Part shown: positions 53,080-62,570 of the stretch, piece by piece
Position numbering within the stretch: the stretch's first letter is position 1
Layout: every line of letters starts with the position of its first letter
Assembly (NCBI GenBank): GCA_030533005.1
Contig: JAUNJX010000006.1
Span: 14,146-78,145, forward strand
Length of the DNA stretch: 64,000 bases
Reading direction: 5' to 3'
Source: Clostridia bacterium
Lineage (GTDB): Bacteria > Bacillota > Clostridia > Christensenellales > CAG-138
Notes under the pieces: model-generated
Told to the model about the DNA's origin: nothing
What the model saw: only the letters and a program-made list of their open reading frames with translations
Databases searched by the model: none
Translations under genes and position numbers: made by a program

Positions 53080-55903
53080 CGTTTTCTTCCTGCGCTTTCC
53101 CTTCCTCCATCTCCTCCGGCTTGGATATCGCAAGGATACCCGACATAAGGGAGGCCATGTATTTGACGGTTTCCGCTATCTGCTGCGCGCTGCTTGCGAT
53201 CGCCGCCTTGTCGTCAAGCTGGGTCTGCATAAGCTCGGCAAGGCCGGCGATGGCGTCCATGGGCGTACGCATCTGCTGCGACATGCGGGAAAGGAAGTCG
53301 CTCTTGGCCTCGTTCGCCTGCTGCGCAAGGGAAAGCTGCGCCTCCGCGTCCCGCAGCTTGAGCTGCCCCTGCTTTTGCGCGGTGATATCGACAAAGGTGA
53401 TGACGCTGCCGAGTATTTTATTATCCGTCGTGCGGAAGGGGACGATGCGCATAAAGAAGGTCTTGCCCCGGCGCGTGAGCACCTCGCGTTCCTCCGCCGC
53501 AAGCGTCTCAATGACGGTATGGCACAGATCGGAAATGTTCAATTCCGGGAAGTGATAGGAAATAAAGTCGATGGGGCGGCCGATATCCTGATCCAGCACA
53601 TTGAACTCCGTCGCCACATAATTGGTAAAGCGGCGAAGGTTCAGCTTGCTGTCCACAAAGATGATGCCGATCAGCGTCGTAGCCAGGAAGTTCGTAATAT
53701 CGTCGCTCATTTCCGCAAGCTCCGTCAGCTTCAGCTGATATTCGGAGTTCACGGTATACAGCTCCTCATTGACGGACTGCAATTCCTCGTTGGAGCTTTG
53801 CAGCTCCTCGTTGGCGGTCAGCAGCTCCTCGTTGGACGCCTGCAATTCCTCGTTGACACATTCCTGCTCGGTCACGCTCCTGGTCAGCCTGTCATGCACC
53901 TTGGTCAGCTCCTGCTCCAGATCCGTGATGCGCTGCGCCGCCATGTGATTGATATCATAGGGCGTGGATTCGGGAATGGCCTCGCTTTGCTTGACCTCGG
54001 CAAAGACCAGCGCATACAGCCTGTCCGCCTCCTCCTTAGGTCTGCTGATGGGCAGCGCTGTAAGATTGAGCACGCCCGCGTACATATCGCCCGAAAAGTG
54101 GATGCCCGTATACTGCACCATCTTCTGTTTTTCACGAGCCTCCTTCAACGCGGTCGAAACGGGAATACGGAGCGACTCCTCAATGATATCGAAAAGCGCG
54201 CTTGTCACCCGGCCGACGGGGAAGGAAATATAGTTCTTGCTGTTGCCGTATACATAGACCAGCTCGTTCTTCTCGTTGACGACGAGACAGGCCGGCATAA
54301 AGCGTTCCAAAAGCTCCGTATTGATCGCCATCTGATCGGATATGTTCTCCTGCCCGGCGCCATCCCGTCCGCCGGCGGAGGGTGGCTCGGGATCCATATA
54401 GGCTTCGTCGTCGATCATGTTTTGCAGGTAAGGCACCGCCTTGGCGCCGGGTATTTTCACCTTGCTGTGATGGGTGAATATCTTTGCCATGGCGTCCACG
54501 ACGGGGAACACCTCCGTATAGGTGCCCACCGCCTCGGATTTACCAAGGAACAGATAGCCGCCGTCCTTGAGGGCTGCATGGAAAATGGAAAACAGATCCT
54601 TTTGCAGCACAGGCTGGAAATAGATCATCAGATTGCGGCAGGAGATCAGGTCAAGGCGAGCAAAGGGCGGATCCTGAATGACGTTGTGCGGCGAGAAGAT
54701 CAGCATCTTGCGCACGTCCCGGTTGATGGTGTAATTATTGCCCTTGCGGGAGAAATAGCGGCTGAGCCTTGCCGTGGAAACAGAGCTTGCGATGCTGGTA
54801 CCGTACACGCCCTTACCCGCGGTAGCCACCGCTTCGGCGTCCAGATCGGTCGCAAATATCTTGACCTCGCGCCTAAGCTTCAGCGTTTCCATGACCTCGC
54901 AGAAAAGGATGGCGATGGAATACGCCTCCTCGCCTGTGGAGCAGCCCGCGACCCATACGCGAATAGGCTCCTCTTCCTTGCTGTTCGCCACGATATTGGT
55001 GACTGCCTTTTCCTTTAAGCACTCAAAAAATTCCGGCTCCCTAAAGAAGTTCGTAACGCCGATGAGCACTTCCTTGGCCAGTATCTTCGCCTCATCCGGC
55101 CGTTCGCCAAGATAGTCCACATAGTCGGCAAGCGTTTCCTTGCGCGCGAGCAGCATCCGCCGCTCGACCCTGCGCAGCAGCGTCGCCCTTTTATAATGGG
55201 TAAAGTTGATGTCGCTGGCTTTTCTAAGCGCATAATAGATGCGACCCATCAGCTCATCATCGATCTCCCGCTCCGTCTTGTCATGCAGGTTACCCCCTTT
55301 GGCAGCAAGAGACACATGCTCAAGCTCCAAAGCAATCTCCTCGGGCGTACCAAGGAAATCCACCAGCCCCGTACGCACAGCGCTCTTTGGCATGCCGTCA
55401 AACTTGGAATTTTCCGGGCTTTGGACGATGACCATGCCATCGTTTTCCTTGATGCTCTTGATGCCGTTGGTGCCGTCCGAGCCGGTGCCCGAAAGCACGA
55501 CGGCGATCGCGTTGGCGCCGACATTTTCAGCCAAGGATCGGAAAAAGGTATCGATGGGAAGATGCAGCTCGCCGCTTTTCTGTTCGTCAAGGCACAGACT
55601 CCCATCCGAGATGTACAAGGTCTTGCGCGGCGGGATCACATAAACGCAATCCGGATTGATCGCCATGTGATCCTCCGCCTGAATGACGGGCATGGAGGTG
55701 TTCTTGGAGAGGATTTCGCTCAACAGGCTTTTGTAATCCGGCGAAAGATGCTGAATCAAAACATAGGAAAAGCCAAGATCGGCCGGCAGCGCCGTCAAGA
55801 GGTTCTGCAAGGCTTCCAGCCCGCCCGCGGACGCGCCGATGCCTACGATAAAAGGCTCATCCTGCTTTTTTGCCGCCTTGACCAGCGAACTGTCCTTATC
55901 CAT
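53069..55903 (-). CDS. CheB methylesterase - CheR methyltransferase - PAS - coiled coil - PAS - HisKA-like fusion protein (no HATPase domain)
   Basis: 944 aa from the ATG at 55903 (GAGGTGG RBS). It has a CheB core ([12 protein letters not shown]), a CheR SAM domain ([14 protein letters not shown]), the NEEL-repeat coiled coil ([30 protein letters not shown]), and a terminal DHp-like helix [21 protein letters not shown]. Confidence 0.85.
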   Translation of the reverse strand: MDKDSSLVKAAKKQDEPFIVGIGASAGGLEALQNLLTALPADLGFSYVLIQHLSPDYKSLLSEILSKNTSMPVIQAEDHMAINPDCVYVIPPRKTLYISDGSLCLDEQKSGELHLPIDTFFRSLAENVGANAIAVVLSGTGSDGTNGIKSIKENDGMVIVQSPENSKFDGMPKSAVRTGLVDFLGTPEEIALELEHVSLAAKGGNLHDKTEREIDDELMGRIYYALRKASDINFTHYKRATLLRRVERRMLLARKETLADYVDYLGERPDEAKILAKEVLIGVTNFFREPEFFECLKEKAVTNIVANSKEEEPIRVWVAGCSTGEEAYSIAILFCEVMETLKLRREVKIFATDLDAEAVATAGKGVYGTSIASSVSTARLSRYFSRKGNNYTINRDVRKMLIFSPHNVIQDPPFARLDLISCRNLMIYFQPVLQKDLFSIFHAALKDGGYLFLGKSEAVGTYTEVFPVVDAMAKIFTHHSKVKIPGAKAVPYLQNMIDDEAYMDPEPPSAGGRDGAGQENISDQMAINTELLERFMPACLVVNEKNELVYVYGNSKNYISFPVGRVTSALFDIIEESLRIPVSTALKEAREKQKMVQYTGIHFSGDMYAGVLNLTALPISRPKEEADRLYALVFAEVKQSEAIPESTPYDINHMAAQRITDLEQELTKVHDRLTRSVTEQECVNEELQASNEELLTANEELQSSNEELQSVNEELYTVNSEYQLKLTELAEMSDDITNFLATTLIGIIFVDSKLNLRRFTNYVATEFNVLDQDIGRPIDFISYHFPELNISDLCHTVIETLAAEEREVLTRRGKTFFMRIVPFRTTDNKILGSVITFVDITAQKQGQLKLRDAEAQLSLAQQANEAKSDFLSRMSQQMRTPMDAIAGLAELMQTQLDDKAAIASSAQQIAETVKYMASLMSGILAISKPEEMEEGKAQEENDGI

Positions 55904-56146
55904 TGTTTCCACCTCTCTAAATCTCAAAACTTTCTTTGGTATAAATGATGTACACCTATGTAACAAGTAGGCACAAGCATGTGCGCATGCATTTTTGTAT
56001 ATAGAACAAGCAATTTTACTATGTTTATATTATATAGTGATTTTTGCATGAATTCAACAGGCAATATGCGACGCCGCGCGCTTTATCCCGTCCCGCCCTT
56101 ATGCTATAATCGGTATGCACGACAACCAAACGCGGAGGATGGAAGC

Positions 56147-57478
56147 ATGGAACAAGAAACGTTGCGAATCAACGGCATACCGGCCGTCGTCTACGGCAGC
56201 GAGGCGGACGGCGTTTTCCTTTTTGTGCACGGAAAGAACGGCAATAAGGAGGAGGCGGAGGATTTCGCCCAAAGCGTCTCAAACAAAGACTGGCAGGTGC
56301 TTGGCGTGGATCTGCCGGAGCACGGCGCGCGCCAGGCGGAAAAGGACACGCTCAAGCCGTGGCTGGTCATCCCGGAGCTGCGGGGCGTGATGCAATACGC
56401 AAAACAGCGCTGGCAAAGGATAGGCTTAAGAGCCAACAGCATCGGCGCATGGTTCAGCATGCTAAGCTTTGCGGGAGAAGCGCTCGAAAGGTGTCTGTTC
56501 GTTTCGCCTATTCTTGATATGGAGCGGTTGATCATCGACATGACGGGCTGGGCCGGCGTATCCGAAGCGCAGCTTCAGGAACAGGGCGAGATCGGTACTT
56601 CTTTCGGCGAAACGCTGTCATGGCGGTATCTGGAGTTTGCCCGGCAGCATCCGATTGCGGATTGGAACGCCCCCACGGCGATACTGTATGCCGGCAAAGA
56701 TACCCTTACCGCCAGAGAAACCGCAGAAGCCTTCGCAAAGCGTTTTCATTGCGATCTTTCCATCATGGAAAACGGCGAGCACTGGTTCCACACGCCGGAA
56801 CAGATGGAGGTTTTGCATAGCTGGACGGACGCGCAGATCAGCCGTATCCCGAAAAGCACACCGGCAGAAGCGGAAAACGTCACGCTGCGATTTGCAGCCG
56901 CTGCGGACAGCGCGGCGCTGCGCGACATTTACGCGCAATATATCGACACGACCATCACATTTGAATACGCATTGCCGACGGAAGCGGAATTCGCAAGGCG
57001 CATAGACGACGTCATGGCCTGTTACCCGTATCTCGTGTGCGAGCAAGCCGGAAAGGTCATAGGCTACGCCTACGCGCACAGGCACAGGGAGCGGGAAGCG
57101 TATCAATGGAACGCGGAGCTGTCCGTCTATCTCGCCCCCTCCCATAGAGGCAAGGGACTTGGCAAAATGCTCTTTCACGCCCTGCTCGGGCTGCTGCGGC
57201 TGCAAGGCGTCAAGACGGTCTACAGCGGCGTCGCCATGCCGAATGAAGCAAGCGAAGGGCTGCATGCAAGCATGGGCTTTTCCCGCCTGGGCACCTACCA
57301 CAATACCGGCTATAAATGCGGCGGGTGGCACGACGTCACATGGTTTGAAAAGCAGCTCAACGCCCTCGATGCGTCCCCTGCGCCCATCCTGCCCATAAAC
57401 GAGCTTTCAGTGGCGGCGGTAGGCGCCGTTTTGGAGAGCGCCGCGCGCGGCGGCGCAAGCGCTCACTTGAGCAAATAA
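56147..57478 (+). CDS. alpha/beta hydrolase fused to a PAT/MnaT-like GNAT N-acetyltransferase
   Basis: 443 aa from the ATG at 56147 (GGAGGA RBS, TGcTATAAT at 56102-56110). The N-terminal half is hydrolase-like (FVHGKNGNKEE..., NSIGAW). The C-terminal half is TLRFAAAADSAALRDIYAQYI...RGKGLGKML...GGWHDVTWFEKQL, typical of phosphinothricin/methionine-sulfoximine acetyltransferases. Confidence 0.8.
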   Translation: MEQETLRINGIPAVVYGSEADGVFLFVHGKNGNKEEAEDFAQSVSNKDWQVLGVDLPEHGARQAEKDTLKPWLVIPELRGVMQYAKQRWQRIGLRANSIGAWFSMLSFAGEALERCLFVSPILDMERLIIDMTGWAGVSEAQLQEQGEIGTSFGETLSWRYLEFARQHPIADWNAPTAILYAGKDTLTARETAEAFAKRFHCDLSIMENGEHWFHTPEQMEVLHSWTDAQISRIPKSTPAEAENVTLRFAAAADSAALRDIYAQYIDTTITFEYALPTEAEFARRIDDVMACYPYLVCEQAGKVIGYAYAHRHREREAYQWNAELSVYLAPSHRGKGLGKMLFHALLGLLRLQGVKTVYSGVAMPNEASEGLHASMGFSRLGTYHNTGYKCGGWHDVTWFEKQLNALDASPAPILPINELSVAAVGAVLESAARGGASAHLSK

Positions 57479-57861
57479 ATGGAGCCTTCCTTCCGGCAAT
57501 TTATTTTCTGATAGTAGGCGTCATTGCCTGACATAACATAAACGGGACGATCCGGATACGCCTGCTGCAAGCACCGCATCAGTTTTTCGCCAAGGCCGTT
57601 CCCGCGGTATTTTTCGTTTACCAACAGGTCGCAGACATAGATGAACAGCGCGTCCGCAAGCGAGCGGGAATAGCCGCACACCTTACCGTCCGCCAAGGCG
57701 AGATAGGTGATGGAATCCGCAAAAGATTTTCTATATCGCGCGGCGTTGGGTTCCTCCCAGTATATCCTCCAATCCTCCCCTTCTTGCCTGATAAGCTCCA
57801 TAAGTTCGTCCTCATAGCAAGGAGCATACTCGATGATCTCAAACACTGTCTTACCCTCCAT
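57463..57861 (-). CDS. GNAT-family N-acetyltransferase
   Basis: 132 aa with the acetyl-CoA loop VNEKYRGNGLGEKLM. Confidence 0.8.
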   Translation of the reverse strand: MEGKTVFEIIEYAPCYEDELMELIRQEGEDWRIYWEEPNAARYRKSFADSITYLALADGKVCGYSRSLADALFIYVCDLLVNEKYRGNGLGEKLMRCLQQAYPDRPVYVMSGNDAYYQKINCRKEGSIYLLK

Positions 57862-57997
57862 GTAGCATATGCGCCGCTTATGCTTGATCGGCTTCTGAAA
57901 AAAATTTGCAGGAATGCATGGCCTGTGCTATACTGTTCTTGACCACTTTTGATTTGATAGTTTGCCTCATATACTGCCATCTCAAAGGGGATCATGA

Positions 57998-58261
57998 TTG
58001 GAGGCGACCATGCCTGATACCATCCATGATCCTGCTAAAGATGAGCAGGATATCCAAGGCTCTCAAGCTGATAACCAAACTTCCCTGGCCGTTGAAGTCG
58101 CCCTTTCCTATGTCGAATATTCCAAGGACGTCGTGAAAGCCGCCGGCAAACAGGTGCAAGACGCGCGGCAGAGTATCGTTTCCGCGCGCGAATACCTCAA
58201 AAACATCGAAGCGGGACGCAGACGCCTGCCCGAGAATCAAGAGAACATAAAGGACGACTGA
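57998..58261 (+). CDS. hypothetical 87-aa hydrophilic protein
   Basis: Only an ORF. It is followed by an 11-bp-stem hairpin (58283-58318). Confidence 0.3.
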   Translation: MEATMPDTIHDPAKDEQDIQGSQADNQTSLAVEVALSYVEYSKDVVKAAGKQVQDARQSIVSAREYLKNIEAGRRRLPENQENIKDD

Positions 58262-58335
58262 TCCTTCGCCCGACAAGGCGTCAACAGAACCGGCGCGCTG
58301 CCTCGCTCCGGTTCTGTTCCTATTGCCGCAGGATG

Positions 58336-58746
58336 CTAGGCAGGCTGAATGATATGCGCTTGAAATAAAGCCTCAAAGGTGTTTGCCGCGCCGCCGTGCT
58401 CGACGATCTTTCCGTTTTGCACCTTATCGACGTCAACGCCGGTAATGGTCAATCTCTTGTTCGTGGGCTTCATCCCCAGCCATTCGCCCTGATGCGTGCC
58501 CTCCATGATGAATTCGGAGATCACATAATCGCCGTCATGATATTGGCGAATGATCCGCATGGTGTAATCCGGGTAGGTCTTTTTCACGTCGATCAAATGC
58601 TGCTTCATCCCCTCGAGACCAAGCAGGACAGTCTGTTCCCCTATCCGCAGTACGCAATCCTCCGCTATATAAGCGGCCACCTCGTCAAGCAAATGCTCCG
58701 ACACGACCCTTTCATAGAAATATCGCACAGCTTCCTTATCGCTCAT
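58336..58746 (-). CDS. SnoaL-like ester cyclase family protein
   Basis: 136 aa. The N-terminal ...AVRYFYERVVSEHLLDEVAAYIAEDCV... and C-terminal ...GKIVEHGGAANT... are typical of the family. Confidence 0.75.
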   Translation of the reverse strand: MSDKEAVRYFYERVVSEHLLDEVAAYIAEDCVLRIGEQTVLLGLEGMKQHLIDVKKTYPDYTMRIIRQYHDGDYVISEFIMEGTHQGEWLGMKPTNKRLTITGVDVDKVQNGKIVEHGGAANTFEALFQAHIIQPA

Positions 58747-58798
58747 TTTATCTAGCTCCTATTTATTTCATCTTAATAATCCGGCATAACCCGGCCGT

Positions 58799-58918
58799 TT
58801 AATAGCCCGGCCATCCGCGCACCATATTCTCATAGCAGGAGGTTCCAATGCGGATGCACGCAAACGCCGCCAAAAGAAGCAGCAACACGAGCAGCACGCC
58901 CTTCCATCGGCTATCCAT
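58799..58918 (-). CDS. possible 39-aa single-TM micro-protein
   Basis: Own translation: MDSRWKGVLLVLLLLLAAFACIRIGTSCYENMVRGWPGY. A GGGGGTGAG RBS-like sequence lies upstream. It is below the ORF-track cutoff. Confidence 0.3.
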   Translation of the reverse strand: MDSRWKGVLLVLLLLLAAFACIRIGTSCYENMVRGWPGY

Positions 58919-58930
58919 ATTTCTCACCCC

Positions 58931-59050
58931 CTAATCCCAGCCCGTCAGCGCATGCAGCCAGTTTTCCACCTCCGGAAATATATGGATAACGGCTATGGCA
59001 GCTGCGGCCAAAACGATCAATGCTATGAGTATCATAACGGATTTCCTCAT
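58931..59050 (-). CDS. possible 39-aa single-TM micro-protein
   Basis: Own translation: MRKSVMILIALIVLAAAAIAVIHIFPEVENWLHALTGWD. A GGAGG RBS lies 8 nt upstream. It sits directly upstream of the other micro-ORF. Confidence 0.3.
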   Translation of the reverse strand: MRKSVMILIALIVLAAAAIAVIHIFPEVENWLHALTGWD

Positions 59051-59238
59051 CCGAAGCGCCTCCTAAATGCAGATCGGCGGCGCTGTTACCCGCTGCCCTT
59101 TGGGCATTATACCACAAGGAATACAAACGGGCTACATGCCGTGATCCTTTATTGGGGCCGGCAATGATGGTGCACGGCAATGCACCCCTTTGCATTTAGG
59201 GGTGCATTGGTTGGTATGCTATGCGATCCTTCGTGCGA

Positions 59239-60057
59239 TCACTTTCGCTTGACAGGATAGCAGACCTCGGTCACGAGCTCGTCGGGATTCTGCGTTTGCG
59301 CGGGGCTGACGTGGTAGATGCAGAACATGGGGCCGTTAAACGCATAGCCGTTGTCGTTCACCCAGTTGGCTACCGCATGGTTTACGGCGTTGAGCTGGTC
59401 ATAGCTTCCCTTATAGGTGGCGGAGGCAACCTCGATGGGAGAAACGGTCTTGAACACCACATGCTCGGTGTTCTCATAGCGTCCCTTTACCATGACCTGA
59501 ATCTCCACATCCACATCGTTCTCTTTGTAACCCTCGTCGTGAAAAACGGCAGCGCTGCAGCAGTTTTCCGCAAACTGCATCTTAAGCTGCTCCGTTTCCG
59601 ACATCATCGTGTTCCAAAGAAGCTGCTCATGGCTGTAGGAGGGTATGATCTGGCGGACGCTTGCGACATAGCGCTCCGGCATGGTTTTCAATGATACGTT
59701 GTAATTCATAGCAGTTTTATCCTTTCTCAGCCGTTCTATGGCCGTTTCAAGGAGCAGCAGACGTTGCTTCGTTTCCTCGGCCTCCGCTTGCAGTTCCATA
59801 TGCTTTACCGTCAGGAATTCGGCGAGCGCGTGCGGATCGTTATAGCATTGCAGTATCTCGCCGATCGCAGCAAGGCCGAAGCCCATATCCCGCAGGGAGG
59901 CGATCCGTCCGGCGACAGGAAGCTGATCCTCCGCGTAGTAGCGGTAGCCTGTAAAACCGTCTGTTGCTTTGGGTATAAGCAGACCCATTTCATCGTAATG
60001 CCGAAGCATCCGTATGCTGATCCTTGAAAGTCTTGAAAAATCACCTATTTTTAGCAT
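59239..60057 (-). CDS. MerR-family regulator with GyrI-like effector-binding domain
   Basis: 272 aa with the N-terminal HTH MLKIGDFSRLSRISIRMLRHYDEMGLL, a coiled coil, and a C-terminal GyrI-like domain. Confidence 0.9.
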   Translation of the reverse strand: MLKIGDFSRLSRISIRMLRHYDEMGLLIPKATDGFTGYRYYAEDQLPVAGRIASLRDMGFGLAAIGEILQCYNDPHALAEFLTVKHMELQAEAEETKQRLLLLETAIERLRKDKTAMNYNVSLKTMPERYVASVRQIIPSYSHEQLLWNTMMSETEQLKMQFAENCCSAAVFHDEGYKENDVDVEIQVMVKGRYENTEHVVFKTVSPIEVASATYKGSYDQLNAVNHAVANWVNDNGYAFNGPMFCIYHVSPAQTQNPDELVTEVCYPVKRK

Positions 60058-60097
60058 TCTTTTTCCTCACATATATGTGTTTTTTGAGCTCGCTATC

Positions 60098-60128
60098 AGT
60101 ATAAAGTCTGTCACAGTGGTAGAGTCAA
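60098..60128 (-). promoter_or_regulatory. MerR-type promoter with 19-nt spacer
   Basis: Minus strand TTGACT-19 nt-TATACT. The spacer contains the partial dyad ACTGT-G-ACAGA. Confidence 0.5.
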
Positions 60129-60220
60129 TAGGCGGATGAAAAATATTTCTTCCGCCCGAAACGAAAAGTATTATGGGTGGGCAAACGTAAGCCCTGCGCC
60201 ACACACAGTAATAAGGCACA

Positions 60221-61018
60221 TCATTTTTCAAACAGAATGGGTAAGCCCTCCGCACATATAGGAAATGCGGTTTCCAAGGGATTATCGCGTTGATGCTGTA
60301 TGTGTAAATGCGGCTCTGATGTGGTTCCGGAGTTGCCGACCTTGCCAATCACCTGACCTTGCTTAACATGGTCTCCTATCTTTACCGATATGCTGTCCTG
60401 CTGCAAATGCGCTAAAATGAGATATGTGCCGGTAGTATCTATTTCAATAAATATGTAGTTGCCTAAAGCGCTGCTAAACGCATCCGTGTTCGGGATGATA
60501 TCCGGTTCTTTGTTTTCCAAACCAATGACCGTTCCCGAAATCGGCGCAGCAATATCACAGCTGAAAATTCCATAATCATCCAAATTCTCACTGCCAATAT
60601 CATATGGATTTTTCAATATGTCATATGCATAGCACTCTGAAGGCCACATAGCATGCGTTTTATATCCTTTCCCGCCAAATAGCACTGCATCTTCAACCGG
60701 CAGGGTCATTGCAACAGCGTCGTTTGGATTCGCATGCGTTGGGTACGTCACCGGGGAGACGCCGATTAAAACGGTAATCGGCAACGCAATAAGGAGTAAA
60801 ACAACAGTAAAAGCAATATTCCAAAGAACATTTTTCTTTTTATGCAACGCGATCATGAAAACAGGCACTTGAACCAGCAATGTGATGATTGCCGCGGGCG
60901 CAAGAATACATACCGCAATATTCCAAGCATAAGCACCGGCTTGACCGCCGACAAACCAAATGCAGCCTGTACAAACACAAGCAACTGCGCACAGAAATAC
61001 CGTTGCGGTTTTTTTCAT
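60221..61018 (-). CDS. membrane-anchored M23-family metallopeptidase
   Basis: 265 aa with 3 N-terminal TM helices. LAHLQQDS...GQVIGKVGNSGTTSEPHLHIQ is the M23 HxxxD/HxH region. The gene is lower in GC than its surroundings. Confidence 0.85.
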   Translation of the reverse strand: MKKTATVFLCAVACVCTGCIWFVGGQAGAYAWNIAVCILAPAAIITLLVQVPVFMIALHKKKNVLWNIAFTVVLLLIALPITVLIGVSPVTYPTHANPNDAVAMTLPVEDAVLFGGKGYKTHAMWPSECYAYDILKNPYDIGSENLDDYGIFSCDIAAPISGTVIGLENKEPDIIPNTDAFSSALGNYIFIEIDTTGTYLILAHLQQDSISVKIGDHVKQGQVIGKVGNSGTTSEPHLHIQHQRDNPLETAFPICAEGLPILFEK

Positions 61019-61155
61019 CGTTTCACTCCGTAAAACATTCCCAATTCCCTTACATTTTCCGATTTTTCGATTTGCCTATGCCGCACAAGCGAACGCACCC
61101 CTTGCATGCCGAAGTGCACACCCGCTGCTGGCGGCTGCTTTTGTTTGCACTTTTT

Positions 61156-61818
61156 CTATTGATCCGCTAAAAAATCCAATATCAATTCCGCGATCTTCTT
61201 TTTGTGTACGATATAACTCCCGTGTCCATGCATACGCATGATGCGCATGCTGCTCCCGGGTATGTTCGCAGCGATAAACGCCGTATCGGCACGCTTGACC
61301 ATATCGTGCCCGCCTGCCAGCACGAGCGTAGGCGCCTTGATCCGCTGCAGCATTTCGCCCGTAATGTGCGGTTCTCGCAGCATCATATCCATCTTGGCGT
61401 CGTGCAGGCGCCCGTTCAGGCGCACAAAGAACCTTCTCCACCCGTCCCGTATCCCTTGCGGGCTGGTATTCGCCCCGCTCACGATCAATGCGGACAAAAG
61501 CGACGGATCGTCGCAGGCGAGCAGCAGCCCTATGATGCCACCATCGCTAAAGCCGTACAAAGCCGGCTTCACAAGCCCCAATGCAGCGATAAAGCAGCGC
61601 ACATCCTCCTTCATGTCGTCGTAATGATAACACGCGGCTGCATCGCTCAAGCCGTGACCGCGGCTGTCTATCGCGTAGACCGTGTATCGCGCGGACAGCA
61701 AGGGGATCGCCTTGTCGAATATCCTATGCGTTTCGCCATTGCCGTGCAGCAGGATAAGCGGCCTGCCCGCGCCGCATGTCTCATAATACAAATTGATTCC
61801 GTTAACGTTTATTTTCAT
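61156..61818 (-). CDS. alpha/beta hydrolase
   Basis: 220 aa from the ATG at 61818 (MKINVNGINLYYETCGAGRPLILLHGNG...), with nucleophile elbow GFSDGG. Confidence 0.85.
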   Translation of the reverse strand: MKINVNGINLYYETCGAGRPLILLHGNGETHRIFDKAIPLLSARYTVYAIDSRGHGLSDAAACYHYDDMKEDVRCFIAALGLVKPALYGFSDGGIIGLLLACDDPSLLSALIVSGANTSPQGIRDGWRRFFVRLNGRLHDAKMDMMLREPHITGEMLQRIKAPTLVLAGGHDMVKRADTAFIAANIPGSSMRIMRMHGHGSYIVHKKKIAELILDFLADQ

Positions 61819-61961
61819 TCGCTTTTCTTGCGCATAGCAGAGACCTGCTCCATTTTTCCACGGGGCACCACGGAAAACACGTTTCGGTATGATATATGTC
61901 AGGTAAAAAGATAGACCTGATCGATCAGGGTCGGTTTTCGGGCCAAACGAATCCGCTTGCA

Positions 61962-62216
61962 TCAGCTGCGGCGCAAACTACCACATGAACCAAAAACGGC
62001 GGCCGCAGTTCTGGCACTCGTACTCATGGAAATCCCCATGTCGGCAGCGTCGATGCGGTCGAAATCAGTAGACCCGCAAAATTGGCAAGGATGGTAGGAG
62101 CCGACGCCGGGTTCATACTCGCCCTCCCCCTCGCCGCCAGACACCTGCCGGAGCGCTTCCTCGATCATGGGGTCAATGGTTTTTTCAGTATCCCTGCTGT
62201 GCCTCCTTCCGTTCAC
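61962..62216 (-). pseudogene. decayed paralog of the small Cys-rich double-glycine-leader gene
   Basis: The 5' 70 nt are ~90 % identical to the copy at 62463-62532. The ATG is AGG here (62193-62195), and the second CxxC half (HEYECQNCGRRFWFMW*) is only readable after a 1-nt frame change at the run of four G (coding strand) at 62044-62047. Confidence 0.5.
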
Positions 62217-62285
62217 TTTACTTTGTATCAGGGCAAGGGGGCTACGATCCCCTGACGATCCCCGGAGGTTTATCCACAGCCCCGG

Positions 62286-62516
62286 CTACGGAATAAACGG
62301 TACGGCGAGGGCACAGAACCGGCAGCCGCAGCTCTGGCACTCGTACAGCCAGAGATCCCCGCCGACGACCTGGAGGATGTTGAAATGATTATCTCCGCAT
62401 TTTTTGCATCGTCGGGCGAGTTTGAAGTTGGGGTCATAATCGACCTCGCCCTCGCCGGCGGCCACCTGCTGGAGCGCTTCCTCGATCAAGGGGTTGATGT
62501 TTTTTTCAGTATCCAT
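62286..62516 (-). CDS. small Cys-rich protein with double-glycine-type leader (76 aa)
   Basis: [33 protein letters not shown]|EGEVDYDPNFKLARRCKKCGDNHFNILQVVGGDLWLYECQSCGCRFCALAVPFIP. Confidence 0.65.
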   Translation of the reverse strand: MDTEKNINPLIEEALQQVAAGEGEVDYDPNFKLARRCKKCGDNHFNILQVVGGDLWLYECQSCGCRFCALAVPFIP

Positions 62517-62570
62517 GCTGTGCCTCCTTCCGATCGCTTTGTTTTGTACCCTTTGTTGGGCGCCGCCCGC

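Noticed and set aside
53375-55018. 547-aa plus-strand ORF antisense to the CheB-CheR fusion
   Set aside because: The opposite frame carries unmistakable CheB/CheR/PAS motifs, and this frame has none.
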